From Podarcis muralis (Eukaryota): a DNA stretch of 64,000 bases. Positions 1 through 13,312 of this stretch are shown here, piece after piece. Position numbers and translations under genes: made by a program. Each line of letters opens with the position of its first letter. Within the stretch, counting starts at the first letter, position 1. The notes beneath the pieces were generated by a model that worked only from the letters and a program-made list of their open reading frames with translations, was not told the DNA's origin and did not search any database. Where the stretch lies: NCBI RefSeq assembly GCF_964188315.1, contig NC_135661.1:30752001-30816000 (forward strand), read 5' to 3'.

Positions 1-3000
1 AAATCCCGCATCACAACATGGGAAGTTTCTGCTAAATTGAGCTTCCCTTCTGCAGCGAACACTTCCCTAATCTCATGTCTTTGCCCAGGGCTCTTTTGAA
101 GTCATCCTCATGAAATTGCAGCTACTTGGAAAAGTAATTGCTTCCTCTTTTTTGCTGCTGTTTGTTTGTTTGCTGTCACTCATATTTTAGCATTTTTGAA
201 TTTCCAATGCATGAATATATTTGCCATGCAAACACAGGACAACAGGTATTTGTAAGTAGGTCAGAATTACTTTTCCGAACTGTGGGGAACCTCTGCTCTG
301 TAGGAAAACAAGGGAACTGGTAGCAGATGGTAAAGCATTTCTGCTCTGAAGTTTAAGCACCGTGTTTCCATCAGGCCACATTGTGCTGTAATTGGGTTTG
401 GGGAGAGCGCGCCCCCATGCTGTGCAACAGGAGGCAGAAAAGGTGTGCTTGGGACAGTGTTAAATATCGCTCACAGCTGCTGCAGCCTTAGTGTGCTGAT
501 AGGCTCTTCTCTGATAAAGCTTGTTTATGACGGTTCAATGTAAGCTTCCATTGACTTTGATGCACATTGAAGCTGGCTTCTGGATGTAACACTTTCATCC
601 GGTGGCGCTTTCTGACAGGCAGTTACAAGAGGAGTTGCTCCTCTGAGAATTGTGTATTCGGAATACAAGAATGAAAGCATTTTGGAAGAAGCGGAGCTTA
701 CATCCAGCATGATATTTCTCTTTTTCACAAAGAGGTTTATTTCTTTGTAGTGAGAAAAGGCCTCCTTTTGTGCTGGGAACAGGAGTTTGAAGCCAAATCC
801 TCTCCTTGGGGGACATGGCTGGGTCAGTTAAATACTCTTGAAACTGGGCTAGCGCTCTTTGTGTCTACGTGGCTCTGTTTACAGGCCACCTTTGTCTGCC
901 TGTTTTTAGTACCCTTGATGGTTGCTGCAGGGTGGTAAAAATGGCATCTCGTAGGCTCTTCTGAACTGGCAAAGAACATGTTTTATTCAGGCCATTTCTT
1001 TTCCAAATGTGTGTATCTCATAATCAGGATGCAACACAGGGTCATAGTAGTGGGCTCCAGTTTCGGACGCCGTATATTTTCGATCGCTATCAGTCTTGCA
1101 GTCTGAGAATCATAAGAATGTCCTGCGAACAAAGGGGTGCTTTTTGTTTCAGTAACCACTGGATGTTAAAACTTGGGGAGATTACCATTGCACTCAATTA
1201 GCAATTGCATGGCAATTTTAAAGAAATAGAGCCCAGTGTGGTTTGGTAACCTGGCAGACCAGGTAGGGGTGTTACCCTTTTTGCCTGCTGCTGTGGTTCT
1301 GGTCCAGATTGGGGGGGGGGATGCTATTTGAGTAAAAGCTCCCCTTGCATGGGGAATGGGGGCTAATCTTTCAAAGCAAATGGCAGGCGGCAGTGGCTGT
1401 GATGGTAGGGCCCCCAGTCCAGATCAGCACTATAGAGGGGTCAAAGCCCTCCTGTTCTCTCCACCAGGGGTTCAACCTGGATTTGAATTACCCTTCCCTG
1501 CTCTGTAATTTTAATTTCTAATTGCATGAAGGGCATCTTGCATTCTTTAGCCTTAGAGAACACACACCAGTCACCTTTGTTATAGTATACTCTGGACTGC
1601 CAGAATGTAAATTTCAATTCAAGTATGTGAGAGGAGTCGCATAGTTAAGAAAAAGCAAACAAACCCTGTGCCTGAATATATACTTTTTCTAATAAAAATG
1701 TGTCATGTGCCTCTTTGTCTATGTCCTGTTCATCACTTCCATTCATTTTCATTGTTGTTTGTTCCATAGGCTCTTCCTCGTTTTGTGTATTACATGTTTA
1801 CTCAGAAGTAAGACCCACTGTATTCAACGGGGCTCCCTCCCCCCGGTAAATGTGCAGCGATAGGGTTTGGATTTTCCACATGCCCCAACAGTGGACACTT
1901 TCAACTTTTAGCATGCAAGGTTGAATCCAGACTAACATCTGGAATGCAAGCAGGAGAAAGATGGATGACCATGAGCAGGATTAGGTGAATTGGTGGGCGG
2001 GAGGAGAATCAAGCCATAGTTAAACAAAGCAAGGTTTGTGAGCCAACAATAAACTATGGCTGGCAGTAAACCAACTATAGATAATCAGTTGGGCAGGATT
2101 CCTCCATAACCATAGTTTAACAAACCTTAGGTTCGTGTTATATATGAGCTAAGCCACTGTAGACAAGACTGAATCCGATGGATCTGTTGTCTGATGTAGT
2201 ACCCTTAGTTCCAGGTTCATAGAGTCTTCCCTCTGCAGGGCATTAGCTGGGCACTGCACAAGGACACCCAATCACATGGAGGTCTCATTCTTGTGATCTT
2301 TCTCGGGGGAGAAAAACTACATTGGGTCGGGCTTTCCTATGAGCAGGCATTGCTTTGAAGACTCACATCACATTGGAGGTGAAGGTTGCACAGTGGCTGC
2401 TGCCAACCTGTGTAGGAACTGCTGGCATTGACACTGACCCTCCCCACTGACCTCCATTCTTTCCTTCCTCCCCCCCCCCCCCGGCATCTCTCCTGTTTGG
2501 ACAAGTCTTTGCCGCCACAAGGACGATACAAGATCAGATGGGCTGCTGCTATCATGTCCAGCCGAGATGGCTTTTATGGACTTGTCATGAGTTGTTTTTC
2601 ACCATTTGCATTGTCTGTCATCTGCATAGTAGCACTTTGAGAGTGCAAAGTGCTTTGTAATCTTCATGTTATTCACCCTCAGTGACAAACGTTACAAGGT
2701 AGGCTGTTATTATTCCTATTTTAACCAAGAGGGATTGAAGGTGTGAGATAATGTACCCAGATGCATCTAGCAATCCTCTGTGCCACCAGTTAGTTTTTAA
2801 ACTCAATCACTCTTGAATCCATGCTGGTCTTTAATAATACAGCCCTACATATATTTAGCTCTAAGTGCACTCACTTCATGGGATGCTCATCCAAATTAGC
2901 ATTCCTGGGCTTGCAGGCCAAATGTGGGTGCTTAGCTGCTGCTGTTGTTGCTGCTGCTGCACCCCTCCTCTGGCTATTACTCACCTTCTGACTGATTTAC

Positions 3001-3388
3001 TTTTATTAATAGCAATAAATCAAAAGTAGAGCTAAGTCCCTGCTAAAACTAGCTGCACTTATTGGATTGTCTACTTAAAGTTCTGAATCTGTGCATGCTT
3101 AAATCAGCAGAATCCCATTGGCTTTGGTAGGATTACTGAGGTGGTGCTTGTTTGAGAGCAGGGATTGGGTCTGTTAGCCTGAGACGAAGTAGTTTCTGGA
3201 CAAACTTGAACTGGGGTTTAAATGTTGCACCCTCCATGTGAGTCTATTTCAAAGGTGATATGGCAGAGGAGGGTGGTTTCAGATGTGGCGACCTTCCAGC
3301 GCATTAAGTCCTAACTCTCGAACTTCTCCTTTTTAATGGTGTGTTTGGCCTTGGTTTCTAAACTAATGCTCTTCGCTTTCTCACCCAG

Positions 3389-3543
3389 TTCTGCTCAGCG
3401 GTGTCTTCCTGTGGACTCGGTGGAAGAGCCACAAAAGCATGAACGGAGGAGTTTACCACGTCACCACCTGCCACGATGACTTGGAGGACATTCGAGAGAA
3501 CATCCTCAACTATAACGAGGAAGGGGGTGGGGAGCAGGATCAA
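3389..3543 (+). CDS. Classical cadherin, penultimate exon (end of TM helix + p120-binding juxtamembrane domain)
   Basis: Acceptor cttcgctttctcacccag|, donor caa|gtaagg. Translates xLLSGVFLWTRWKSHKSMNGGVYHVTTCHDDLEDIRENILNYNEEGGGEQDQ; ENILNYNEEGGGEQD is the classical cadherin JMD core. Phase 1 to phase 0. Confidence 0.93.
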
Positions 3544-4728
3544 GTAAGGCTCTTTCTCTGACGGTTGATCTGACGTGTGCAAGGAAACTTACACCAGAGG
3601 AAAAGCCATTGCTCGCTCTGCTTTGATAGTACAGCCTAGACTTTGAAGGAACTGTGAAGGCCATGAAGTCCAACCCTATCTCAATGTACCTACGGCATCT
3701 CAGACAGATGGCCATAATGGGGAGGAGAGAGCCCATGGCAGGGGAACCGCCATGTACCAGGCTCACACCGGACAGGGCAGAATTTGTGTAGGGGGCAGCA
3801 CCCCCCCAGATAATTTTTGTGCACATATGTGGTGGTTTTTCTTCCTAAGGGAAGGGGATTCACTAGGCCAGTTCCAGGGACTAGTGTAGTTTTCCCATAC
3901 TGGTGGGGGTGGACTCTCCTGTGGTTGGAGATTTTTAGGCAGAGGTTGGATAGTCACCTGCTTTAGGACTAAATAACCTGTGGGAGGCAGTCCCTTCCAA
4001 CTCTAAAATTCTGTAAATGGTCTTTGGATCCTGTGGATCCAAGTTCTCCTAGCATGCCCCATTTTTTCTCCCTTGCATTGTTCGAACACTGATAGCAGAG
4101 TAGAAGTGGCTGCAGAGATTTCTGTGGTTATAATGACTCTCTGCAGCCCGGAGGTCGAGATCCACTCCTGTCCCGTGGCCCCTGCTAGAGACCCATAGGA
4201 CTTTGTCCAAAATTGTTTAATATTATCTCCTTTCCCTTCTGGCACTCAGAAAAGCACATTTCAGTTTTAGCAAATGGGGCATATATCTCCCCTCCACCCC
4301 ACCAGACCTAACATTTACTCTGTCCTGATTGCAAGTCCTTGCAACGTTTTGTAGAAATGCTCAGTGAATGTTGCTATCTTAGTATTGCCTCAGATAAGGC
4401 TGCAATCCTGTGCCAACTTGCCTGTGAGTAAGCCCCATAGAATTCCGTGGAACTTACTTTTGAGTAGACCTGCACTGCAAATGTATTAAAGCATCAGTCT
4501 CCAAATCATTTGAACCAAAGACATTTCACTAAAACTGCCTGGGAGAAAACATAGTATAAAAAGTCCAGAGAAGTCAGTGAGCTGCAAACATTCTTGTTTG
4601 CTCACCTGCCCGCACACACCGATGTCAATTAGGCCTGCAACTTTTTAATCAATCTGACAAAAAGATGACCCAGTTAATCATGAGGAAGGGAGCAGGTTTT
4701 AGAAGGCAAATCAGTATTTTTTTTAATA

Positions 4729-4966
4729 CCGTGGAACCTTGGTTCTCAAACGGCTTAGTTGCTGAACAAATCGGCTCCCGAACACCGCAATCCCGGAAGT
4801 GTTCTGGTTTGCAAACGTTTTTCAGAAGCTGAACATTCGGTGCGGCTTCCGCTTGAGTGTAGGAAGCTCCTGCAACCAATTGGAAGCTGCACCTTGGTTT
4901 TCAAATGGTTTCGGGAGTCGAACACACTTCCGGCATGGATTAAGTTTGAGAACCAAGGTACCACTG
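4729..4966. mobile_element. Tc1/mariner (Tigger/pogo-like) MITE
   Basis: TIRs ccgtggaaccttggttctcaaac ... gtttgagaaccaaggtaccactg, flanked by TA on both sides. Confidence 0.88.
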
Positions 4967-6407
4967 TAATACCTTTGGGTGGAAGGCCAGGAAATATGCT
5001 TAAATAATAATATTCATACTCTTGTTATTAATATGGCTTTCATTATTATTATTATTAGGAATGCTAAATGGACTTATAACAATTGCTGGTGATAAGCACC
5101 ATCTCAGAAGAGGAAGCTCCTCTTTTGTCTTACGCAGGATGTTGTTGGGTGCTGTGCAGCTCAGTTTTCTTTTACTAGCTAATGTGGGAAGCAGGTTGGG
5201 ACACTGATGGTGGAGGGGAGGACTTTAACTGCCCCTCCTCCCCATAGCACCAAGAGTAGACATGGACCCTTCGCCCCAATCGCTCAAATTTCAGTCGGGA
5301 TCATAGTACAGGTAAAATGTTAAAGCTTGCAAATCCTGCTTGTTAGGCTCTCCTTGAGCATCTGGTGGGCCACTTTGAAAACAGGATGCACAACTCTCAT
5401 TGCTTTTCTTCCATTTTTGCTTGGCTGGGATGCGTCCTTGAACTCCGATATTCCCTCTTAGGTGGAGAACAGAAGAGGGGTGGGTGGGTTGTGTATGTGA
5501 GTGAGCATGTGTAGAAACTAACTTATTACACAATGGTAAAATATGTATTTATTGCTCCACCCACTTTTGCCTCTAGCTCCGCCCACTGCTGGAATGTGGC
5601 CCTCAAAACATTGCCTAGAAGGGAATGTGGCCCTTGGGCTGAAAAATGCTCCCTACCCCTATCCTAGAAGGACTGTATCCTAGGATGACTTCTGTGCAAA
5701 TTCTGCACCCAGAGTAGGATTTTACCCCCCCCCCCAAAAAAAAAATGTACGAGTTTCGTTTGAATTTTACACTTGGTATTTCCTACTAGCAGAATGCAAA
5801 TTTCCTCATTAAAAAACGGAGGGAAAAAAGAAAGTTGAAGGTTTTGATAAATTTCCGTGAACATGTTTTAAACACTTTAAATGGATATTTATCTTCAAGG
5901 TGGCACACAGCGAGCTAAGTATACAAATCCTATTAGTGTTTAATAAGATTAACTCCCTCTGCAAATTGTAAAGGGGAAAAATAGGTTTACCCGAGCAGGG
6001 GATCTATCTTGAGGAAGCAGGCATTGTTTATCTGACATGTCAGGAGCTTGGTATCTGCTCCTTTCAGAAAGGAGCAAGACGAGCCCAAATGATTCAAGGG
6101 TAGCTTGTTTCTACGGCGCAGGGTGGATCTCCACATCCATATTGCATTGCTGCCTGTGACAAAACTTTTGTAAGTGCAGGGAACTCCCTTGCATTATCTA
6201 GAGAGGCAGAGAGACCATCCATGTCCAATGCCACAGAAGCTAAAATCTTTGCTCCGAAGAAACAGTCATGGCTTCCCTCAAAGAATCCCAGGAAATACAG
6301 TTTGTTAAGGCTGCTGAGAATTGTTAGCAGACCCGCTCTTCCCCACCAAGAGCTACAGTACCCAGAGTGGTTTAACAATCAAAGCCTCCTTCACTGCAAG
6401 AAGCTTG

Positions 6408-6771
6408 TAAAGGTAAAGGGACCCCTGACCATTAGGTCCAGTTGTGGACAACTCTGGGGTTGCAGCACTCATCTCGCTTTAGCGGCCGAGGGAGCCAGCG
6501 TTTGTCCGCAGGCAGCTTCCAGGTCATGTAGCCAGCATGACTAAGCCGCTTCTGGTGAACCAGAGCAGCGCACAGAATGCCGTTTACCTTCCCGCCTGAG
6601 TGGTACCTATTTATCTACTTGCACTTTGACGTGCTTTAGAACTGCTAGGTTGTCAGGAGCTGGGATCGTCAACGGGAGCTCACCCCGTCATGGGGATTCA
6701 AACCGCTGACCTTTTGATCGGCAAGCCCTAGGCTCAGTGGTTTAGACCACAGCGCTACCTGCGTCTCATAG
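6408..6771 (-). mobile_element. Full-length Sauria SINE (Squam1)
   Basis: Reverse complement of the copy at 46138-46486; (TTTACC) tail; 10-bp TSD aagaagcttg at 6398-6407 and 6772-6781. Confidence 0.93.
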
Positions 6772-6957
6772 AAGAAGCTTGAGGGTGCAGCAAATGGGGC
6801 CGGTGTGCAGGGTGGTCACTGGGGCTGGGGCCAGCATGCATCTCCCCCCACCTCATGTTTTAACACCTTTCCAGGAACAGAGAATGAATCCATAAGTTTG
6901 TGGCTGGGTGCATGTGACTTAGTGTCCGACGTTGCTGTTGATGTCTTCCTCCTGCAG

Positions 6958-7377
6958 GATGCTTACAACATGGCGGAGCTCCAGATGTCCCTTCAAACCA
7001 GCCCAGCCTACTCGCTTTACAAGAAGAAAGGGAAGCGGGCAGAGCTGCAGAGTCCCGTGAGCTGCGACCTTCCTGCCAGTCCAAAGGAGCAGCTGGAAGC
7101 CCTTTCCACAGGATTGGGCTCCTCCTTCTCCAGCATCGACTTTGGTTGCTACCTTTCAGGGGTGGTGAGAAACATGGACCAGCTGCACCACACCCTGCCC
7201 TGCGATTCCTTGCAAGTCTTTTACACGGAAGGAGAGTGTTCAGAAGCTAGCAGCCTAAGTTCCCTGGGCTCCGGTGGATGGGAGGAAGATACAGCCTACG
7301 GGGATATGAAAGAGTGGGGGCCGAAGTTTGAAAATCTCAGCAAACTCTATTCTCAAGCAGAGTCCGATGATGGTTAG
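6958..7377 (+). CDS. Classical cadherin, terminal exon (beta-catenin-binding domain); probably neural-cadherin-like/type III
   Basis: Acceptor gtcttcctcctgcag|GAT joins the previous exon in frame (EQDQ|DAYNMAEL). Contains LPCDSLQVFYTEGECSEASSLSSL...WGPKFENLSKLY, matching the cadherin C-terminal motif PxDSLxVFxxEGxxS...WGPxFxxLAxxY. Cadherin call is strong; subtype is inference. Confidence 0.92.
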   Translation, partial: DAYNMAELQMSLQTSPAYSLYKKKGKRAELQSPVSCDLPASPKEQLEALSTGLGSSFSSIDFGCYLSGVVRNMDQLHHTLPCDSLQVFYTEGECSEASSLSSLGSGGWEEDTAYGDMKEWGPKFENLSKLYSQAESDDG

Positions 7378-8611
7378 GCTGCTGAACTCATCTTTGCACA
7401 ATGCTTGAAGGTCCCTTGTGGTGTTTTGGGGTTTGGGGGGCGGGGCGGGTAAAGGTACTTTTAACATACTTTTGATAAAGTCAATCCCTACTGAGATACT
7501 TCAAAGGCACAACTAAGATGGAGACCAGGTAGCCCAAAAAGGGCTTTGATTTTGGATTGGCTGTTTCTTTGGACACCCCCCCCCCCAAAAAAAGAAAAAG
7601 ATATAATATACATAGATCATTGTCTTTTGAAGGCTGAGAAAGGACAGAATTAAACTAGTTGGAGGCAACCAAAGAACCATTGCAGAAAGATAAAAATGTA
7701 AAGAAACAACATCTGTATTGGTTGCAAGAACAGGTGCTTTGTCCCTATAGCTTTTTCCATCTTCATAGTTGGAAGCAGGAGACTGTCTCAACACTTTGCA
7801 GGGGCTGATACCTGGCCTGAGTCTTGTGCACCTCTTGCAATAAGTTGTAAAATCTGTACTTTGTGGTTTTTAATCAGTGTACCAAGTTGGAATGAAGCTT
7901 CTTTCCTTTCAAAATTACTAGAAGAGCCATGCTATGGATTTGGCAATAACAGTCTTTTAACTTGGGGGTGTGTGACTTGTTTTCAATACTCCCAGAAGCC
8001 CGTGCCTGTTACTTGGTTAAATTCCTGTGTGCCCTTCCCCAGATTCGGAGGGAACACCAACTGGCACCTGGGCATGACACACTGAAATTAGTTCTTTGTG
8101 GGTTTTTTACCTTCATAAGACATGGTTTTTGCCGCTGAAACAGTCCAGATGAGAAATTGTTCCCCAGAGTTGTTGTTCCATGTGTGGTTCCAAAGACTTC
8201 AAAGTAAGGACAGCCATAAACAACCAAATGTTGTTGTAGCAGGAGATGGCATATTTGACAGATACAATATTGTGTAACATGAAACCAGTTGTGGACTTCC
8301 TGCTAGCTGCTTGGTCTATTACCTCCGGACTTACCTTTGCAATGGGGCATCTTATTCCCACTTCATAAGCACCCCTAGATTTGCAGAAGTACAAAATCAT
8401 TTTTTCTTTTCTTTTTTGAGGAGGGCTAAATATGAGGGCTAAATATGCTCAGTGGCCACAGAATGTTGTCTGCTTGGAAGATGAAGAGGACAGGGTGTGG
8501 TGGGAGGCAAGATAAGATGGAATGGCTGGCTGGCATCCAAGATAGGCAGACTTCCCTTAGAGAGGAAGGCTGCAGCGCAACATCTGTTTGCACGTCCTGC
8601 TTGTGGAGCAT

Positions 8612-8811
8612 AGGTAAAGGTAAAGGGACCCCTGACCATTAGGTCCAGTCGTGGCTGACTCTGGGGTTGCAGTGCTCATCTCGCTTTTTTGGCCGAGGGA
8701 GCCGGCGTTCAGCTTCCAGGTCATGTGGCCAGCATGACTAAGCTGCTTCTGGTGAACCAGAGCAGTGCATGGAAATGCCGTTTACCTTCCCGCTGGAGCG
8801 GTACCTATTTA
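8612..8811 (-). mobile_element. 5'-truncated Sauria SINE
   Basis: Near-identical to the 3' half of the copy at 6408-6771 (ggtaaagggacccctgaccattaggtccagtc...gtacctattta). Confidence 0.9.
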
Positions 8812-11800
8812 AGGTGCTAAAGTTGATAGTACCACATCAGATGGCAGATACCATCTGTGTCCCCCATGTAACCCCCCTCCCGAACCTTAACTACTTCATA
8901 CAGGTAAAAAAATGAGAGGAGGAGACAGAGAGCTGGCTAGACCTTTTCTTCTTGCTTTGCTAGTTTTCAACGAGAGAGGGACCTAAGAAGCTGCCTTACA
9001 CTAATTCAAACCTATTCATGCAAGGGACGTTCTCAGCCCGATCTGGAGGTTCCTGGGGTTGAATGTGGAACATTTCACATGCAAAGCAGATGCCCCCTGA
9101 GTTGTTGCTTTTAGATAACATTGTAAGCAGCCCAGAATGCCTGGGGAAACCCAGCCAGATGGGCGGGGTATAAATAATAAAATTTATTATTATTATTGCC
9201 CACACTTATCCTGTGCTTTCTAAGCACAGGTCTGAGATGTTTTTTCATTTGCCCCGCTACTTTCCCTAGAAAGAACAGGACAAGCAGAAGAAAACACAGG
9301 ACAAGAGGAAACATGGATGAGACCTCACTGAGCTAAAGCCCTTCCCCACTGCATGGTTCTTACATGGGGTAGGATTCAAAACCAGTATTATGTCTACACT
9401 GCCTCTATCCCTGGAATAGCCTTGGACTGCCTTTTCTTTTTCAGAGCCCTGTCCTAATTGCCCTGATTCATGTCCCCCCACCCAAAAAAACCAAGCTTCT
9501 TGTAAAGCTTGAAATAATGTAGCCACAAATTTGTCAACAAGCCATTTCAAAGGAAAGCTTGCTTGCACGTGTCTGTTTATTTTTCCTTAATTGAATAGCA
9601 GAGCCCAGATTCTGCCGTCTGACAAACCGTCATAGAGAATAACGCCCCAGTGTCGGCCATTGCTTCTGCAAAAAACAAAAATTGTCTGGTGGAGGATAAA
9701 TGCCTTTGAAATGCATGTGGGAGAAACCCTTCCGTTAGGAGCAATGGTGTTATGGTATGATTTGCTACACACTAATCAGTCCTTTTTAAAAAATCATTTT
9801 CTTTTGACTAGCTCAGATGCTGGTGTGGTTTATTTTTCTGCTAAACCACTAATATCGAAAGTGAAGAAGGCTCTGCCTCTGCAGTACATTTCAATCTTCT
9901 TATCTCGAGTCTGCATTTCTACTTAGCTATTCTGAGTAAATGCTGTGCAGTGAGCGAAAAGGGACTGCGGACTTAAAAATTCTAAAGTTAGATTTCGTTC
10001 TGCCAACATGTGAAGCCCAAAGAACCTTACCCTGCTCCCTCGGCTCTGCAAAAAAAGGACATCTCCAAGTTATGAGTGTTCCTTAGATTATTCATAAATT
10101 CCCCTCATCTCCCTGACTTTCCTCATAACGTTATATCTCTCTTCTTCTACGCTTCATTTGTTCGGGGAGGGGGGGGGATCAGAAAATGGAAGATCATCTG
10201 TCCATGGGGAGGGAATGAACAAGTGTACTGAGAGACGGGTAATGGAGATTGAAAAGTGCTTGGCAGGGCACCAAATAACATTTCCAGAAGTTCCTAAGTC
10301 CAATTTTTCAAGCATGTATTAAGCTACAGTGGAGACCAACGTTTTCATAGGAGACCATATATACCCAGATTTTCCCCAAATGCTTTTTCAATACGAGTTT
10401 CAAAAGAAACACAAAGATAAAGAGCTTGTGGTGGTCATCACGTCAAGCCGGTTATTCTTCATAGTTTCTAACGACAAAAAGCTCAAGAACTTGCTCCCAC
10501 TTTCCTTTGAGGTTGAGAGGATACTAGAAATTATTTAGCCATCTCTCTGTAAATCCCGCAACATTATTCTACCTCCACAATTCTCAAACTGTGGTCTTCA
10601 AGAAACTGGAGAGTTGTAGTTGTTTCTGAATCATGGATCAGAGCCAACAGAAAAGGTCAAGATCAAGTTGTTTTCACTTACCTTGCAAAGCAAGTTTAGG
10701 GCAATGCATATTTTTAATCTTTGCATATGTGGAAGCCGTTTGTTTTTTTTTTGTTTTAAAGAGGAAATTCTGTCTTGTTGGGATCAGTGCTGTACCACAG
10801 TTGGTTAACCAGGAAGATGCTTCCAATGTTTGGTGCCAATTCATATGCGCACTGGAAGAATATGGCTTTCCATGGGACTTACCTTTCGAGACGTGGCATA
10901 CCCATCCTTAAATAATGGGAGAAGTTCACATGGTTTTACCTATCATAGCTCACAGCTGTTGAATATTCTTTTGTGAATATTTTTCACCTGTACAGGCAAT
11001 AAAGCTCGTCCAAATGTAATAACCCACTTCCAGAAAACTGAGCAAAAAGTGTTGCTGAGCATCGTGTGCTTTTTCAGTGTACCAAACAAGACTATGGGGA
11101 AAAGGCAGAAATGGATATCCCTCCCCCAATCTCCTGCTGCTCGAAATGCATCAAGGCATTGCTCAGTGTTAATTACTGCTTCTTATCCATTCATCTAAAT
11201 CCCAGCCACTCTCAGTAGGATATGCTATCATTTGACGGCATTTTTCAGGCCAATTTAGACTATTTCCTTTGCCTGTAACGTGCTATTTACTCCCTTGGTG
11301 TGCTGTGCAGAATAAAAATGTGCTTTTCAACACACAGCCTGGCTCAAAAGTATTTCACTCACCCAAGCCACAATTTCTGGTTCATTTCAGACCAGACTCT
11401 GGTGCAAGAAACTGAAGGTGTGACTTAAGTCCTTGGACAGATGGATTTTCTCATTGACTCAGGTGACTACTGCAGGACAAAGAGAGAACTGTAAGAAGAG
11501 ACCTATTGGAGCAGGGCAATGACCCACCCAGAACAGCATCCTGTCCTCACACTGGCCACCCAGATTGTCTGAGGGGAACCTGCAAGCAGAACCTGAACAG
11601 AAAAGCACTCTCCCTCCCTCTGGTTCCCAGCAGATGATATTCAGAAGAATTCCTGCCTCCCAACTGTGGAGGAAACATGGCTAGTAGTGCCTGCAGAATG
11701 CACCCTGAAGGATATTGGTTCACACCAGAAGAAATGGACATCAAGTCCTCTCAAAGGCTCACCTGGTTCTGCAGAAGAGCTGATATTTTACATGGCAGGG

Positions 11801-12021
11801 GTCAGAACCCGTGGTCCTCTAGAAGTTATGAGACTCCCAACTCTCATTGATGCCAGCCAGCATGACCAATGCTTGGGGATAGTGGCAGGTACAGTCTAAC
11901 AGTATCTACTGGGTCATAGGTCCTCCTTCCTGTCTTACGCTGCCTTTGCAGCTTCCCAAGCCATATTGATCTATCTGGATGGCACATAAGCCTCAAGGTT
12001 ACCAAAGCACGTGTGGAGGGA

Positions 12022-12225
12022 TCATAGTTCAGTGCTGGGGTTCATGCTTTGCATGCAGAAGGTCTTATGTTCCATCCTTGGCATCTCCAGTTAAGAGTAC
12101 GATCAGGTGACAGAAGAGGGGAAAGACCCTGTGTCAGAGAGACCCACAAAGTCACTGCCAGGCAGAGGAGACGCTGTTGGGTGAGATGGACAATCTTGCC
12201 TGGCATGAGGCAGCTTCCTAGGTAT
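12022..12225 (+). mobile_element. tRNA-derived SINE with CR1-type tail (probably Squam2-like), degenerate
   Basis: tgctttgcatgcagaaggtc...ggcatctccag...gatggac...ggcagcttccta, shared with copies at 13121, 52505, 54606, 54831, 54989 and 62764. Confidence 0.75.
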
Positions 12226-13120
12226 GAACCGCCCTGTTAGGGATGCAGTTTTCAAAGTGTGAGGGAAATGATGATGTGGGATGGTTAGGCTAGACTCAAG
12301 AATGTCTGCCTGAACAGAAATGGAAGAGTGGTATGTCAATCTTAAAAGAAATTGCGTGGCATCCCATCTCGTTTTGAGCACTGGATGGATAACCTTCCAT
12401 CCTTCTTACTAAGTGGAGATGTGAAAAGCATTTCCAGCTATTCATGCAACTCTGCAAGGTGAAATGATGGCAGGGCCTGTCATCTTCCTCTTAATGGAGA
12501 CTGTTATTCTTGCCACGCTTCCAGTATCTCATGGCCACCACTGTGTTGCATGTTCTGCCTTGCAGGACTTGCCTATTCGTTTCCTTAAAAGCCAATGCAA
12601 GGGAGTTGTGGCATTGTCAAGAAAGAGGCCAGCAGACCTGATTATTAGAAGTCCTGCAGCTGACAGGAAAGAGGGGGAAAGAGAAAAGAAATAAGTATGT
12701 CCCTAGGTAGTTGGATTTTCAGTAATCTGGTACTTTAACTAATCTCCTGCCAAGCTCTTTACAGGCTAACATGGAGCAACAACAATTCTATTTCCTATAC
12801 AAATTGTGTATAGGCCTGCAATTTAAATAATCTTCTATATATTAGTATTTAATCTGTCAACCTGTCAAGCTCTATTGGTTTTCATAAGTTTCCAACCACC
12901 ATTTCTACAAAATGAAAGTCAACAGATAACATAGTTCTGTGGCACTGAGGCAACCCTCTGAGCATCATCCCAGGAATAAAGTGTACTCTTTTACATGCCT
13001 TAAGAGTAGACACTGCAGCAACTAAAAATAAGTTGAGACTTCTGAGCCTGGTGGCCTCAGTGATGCAATCAACTATTTCCCCCAAAAAGTCAGGCATGAT
13101 TTCCTTATACCAGCTGCAAA

Positions 13121-13312
13121 GGGCTGTAGCTCAGCAGCAGAGCAAAGAGTTTGCATGCAGAAGGTCCCGAGTCCAATTCCTTGCCATCTCCAGGTAGGTC
13201 TTTGAAAGATCCCCCATCTGAAATCCTGGGGAGTCATGCCAATTAGCATGGACAATACTAAGCCAGATGGACCAATGCTCTGACTTGCTATCACACCACT
13301 TCCTATCTTCCT
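13121..13312 (+). mobile_element. tRNA-derived SINE with CR1-type tail
   Basis: gggctgtagctcag...tttgcatgcagaaggtccc...gatggaccaatgctctgact; same family. Confidence 0.8.

Noticed and set aside
2428-2640. Hydrophobic ORF as the missing cadherin TM exon
   Set aside because: No cadherin/EGF features or fitting phase-1 donor, and it runs into a MIR-like remnant. I could not identify any further cadherin exon in 1-3388.
6805-6957. 5' part of the 190-aa ORF as coding
   Set aside because: Lies upstream of a strong acceptor at 6957; cadherin similarity starts at DAY.
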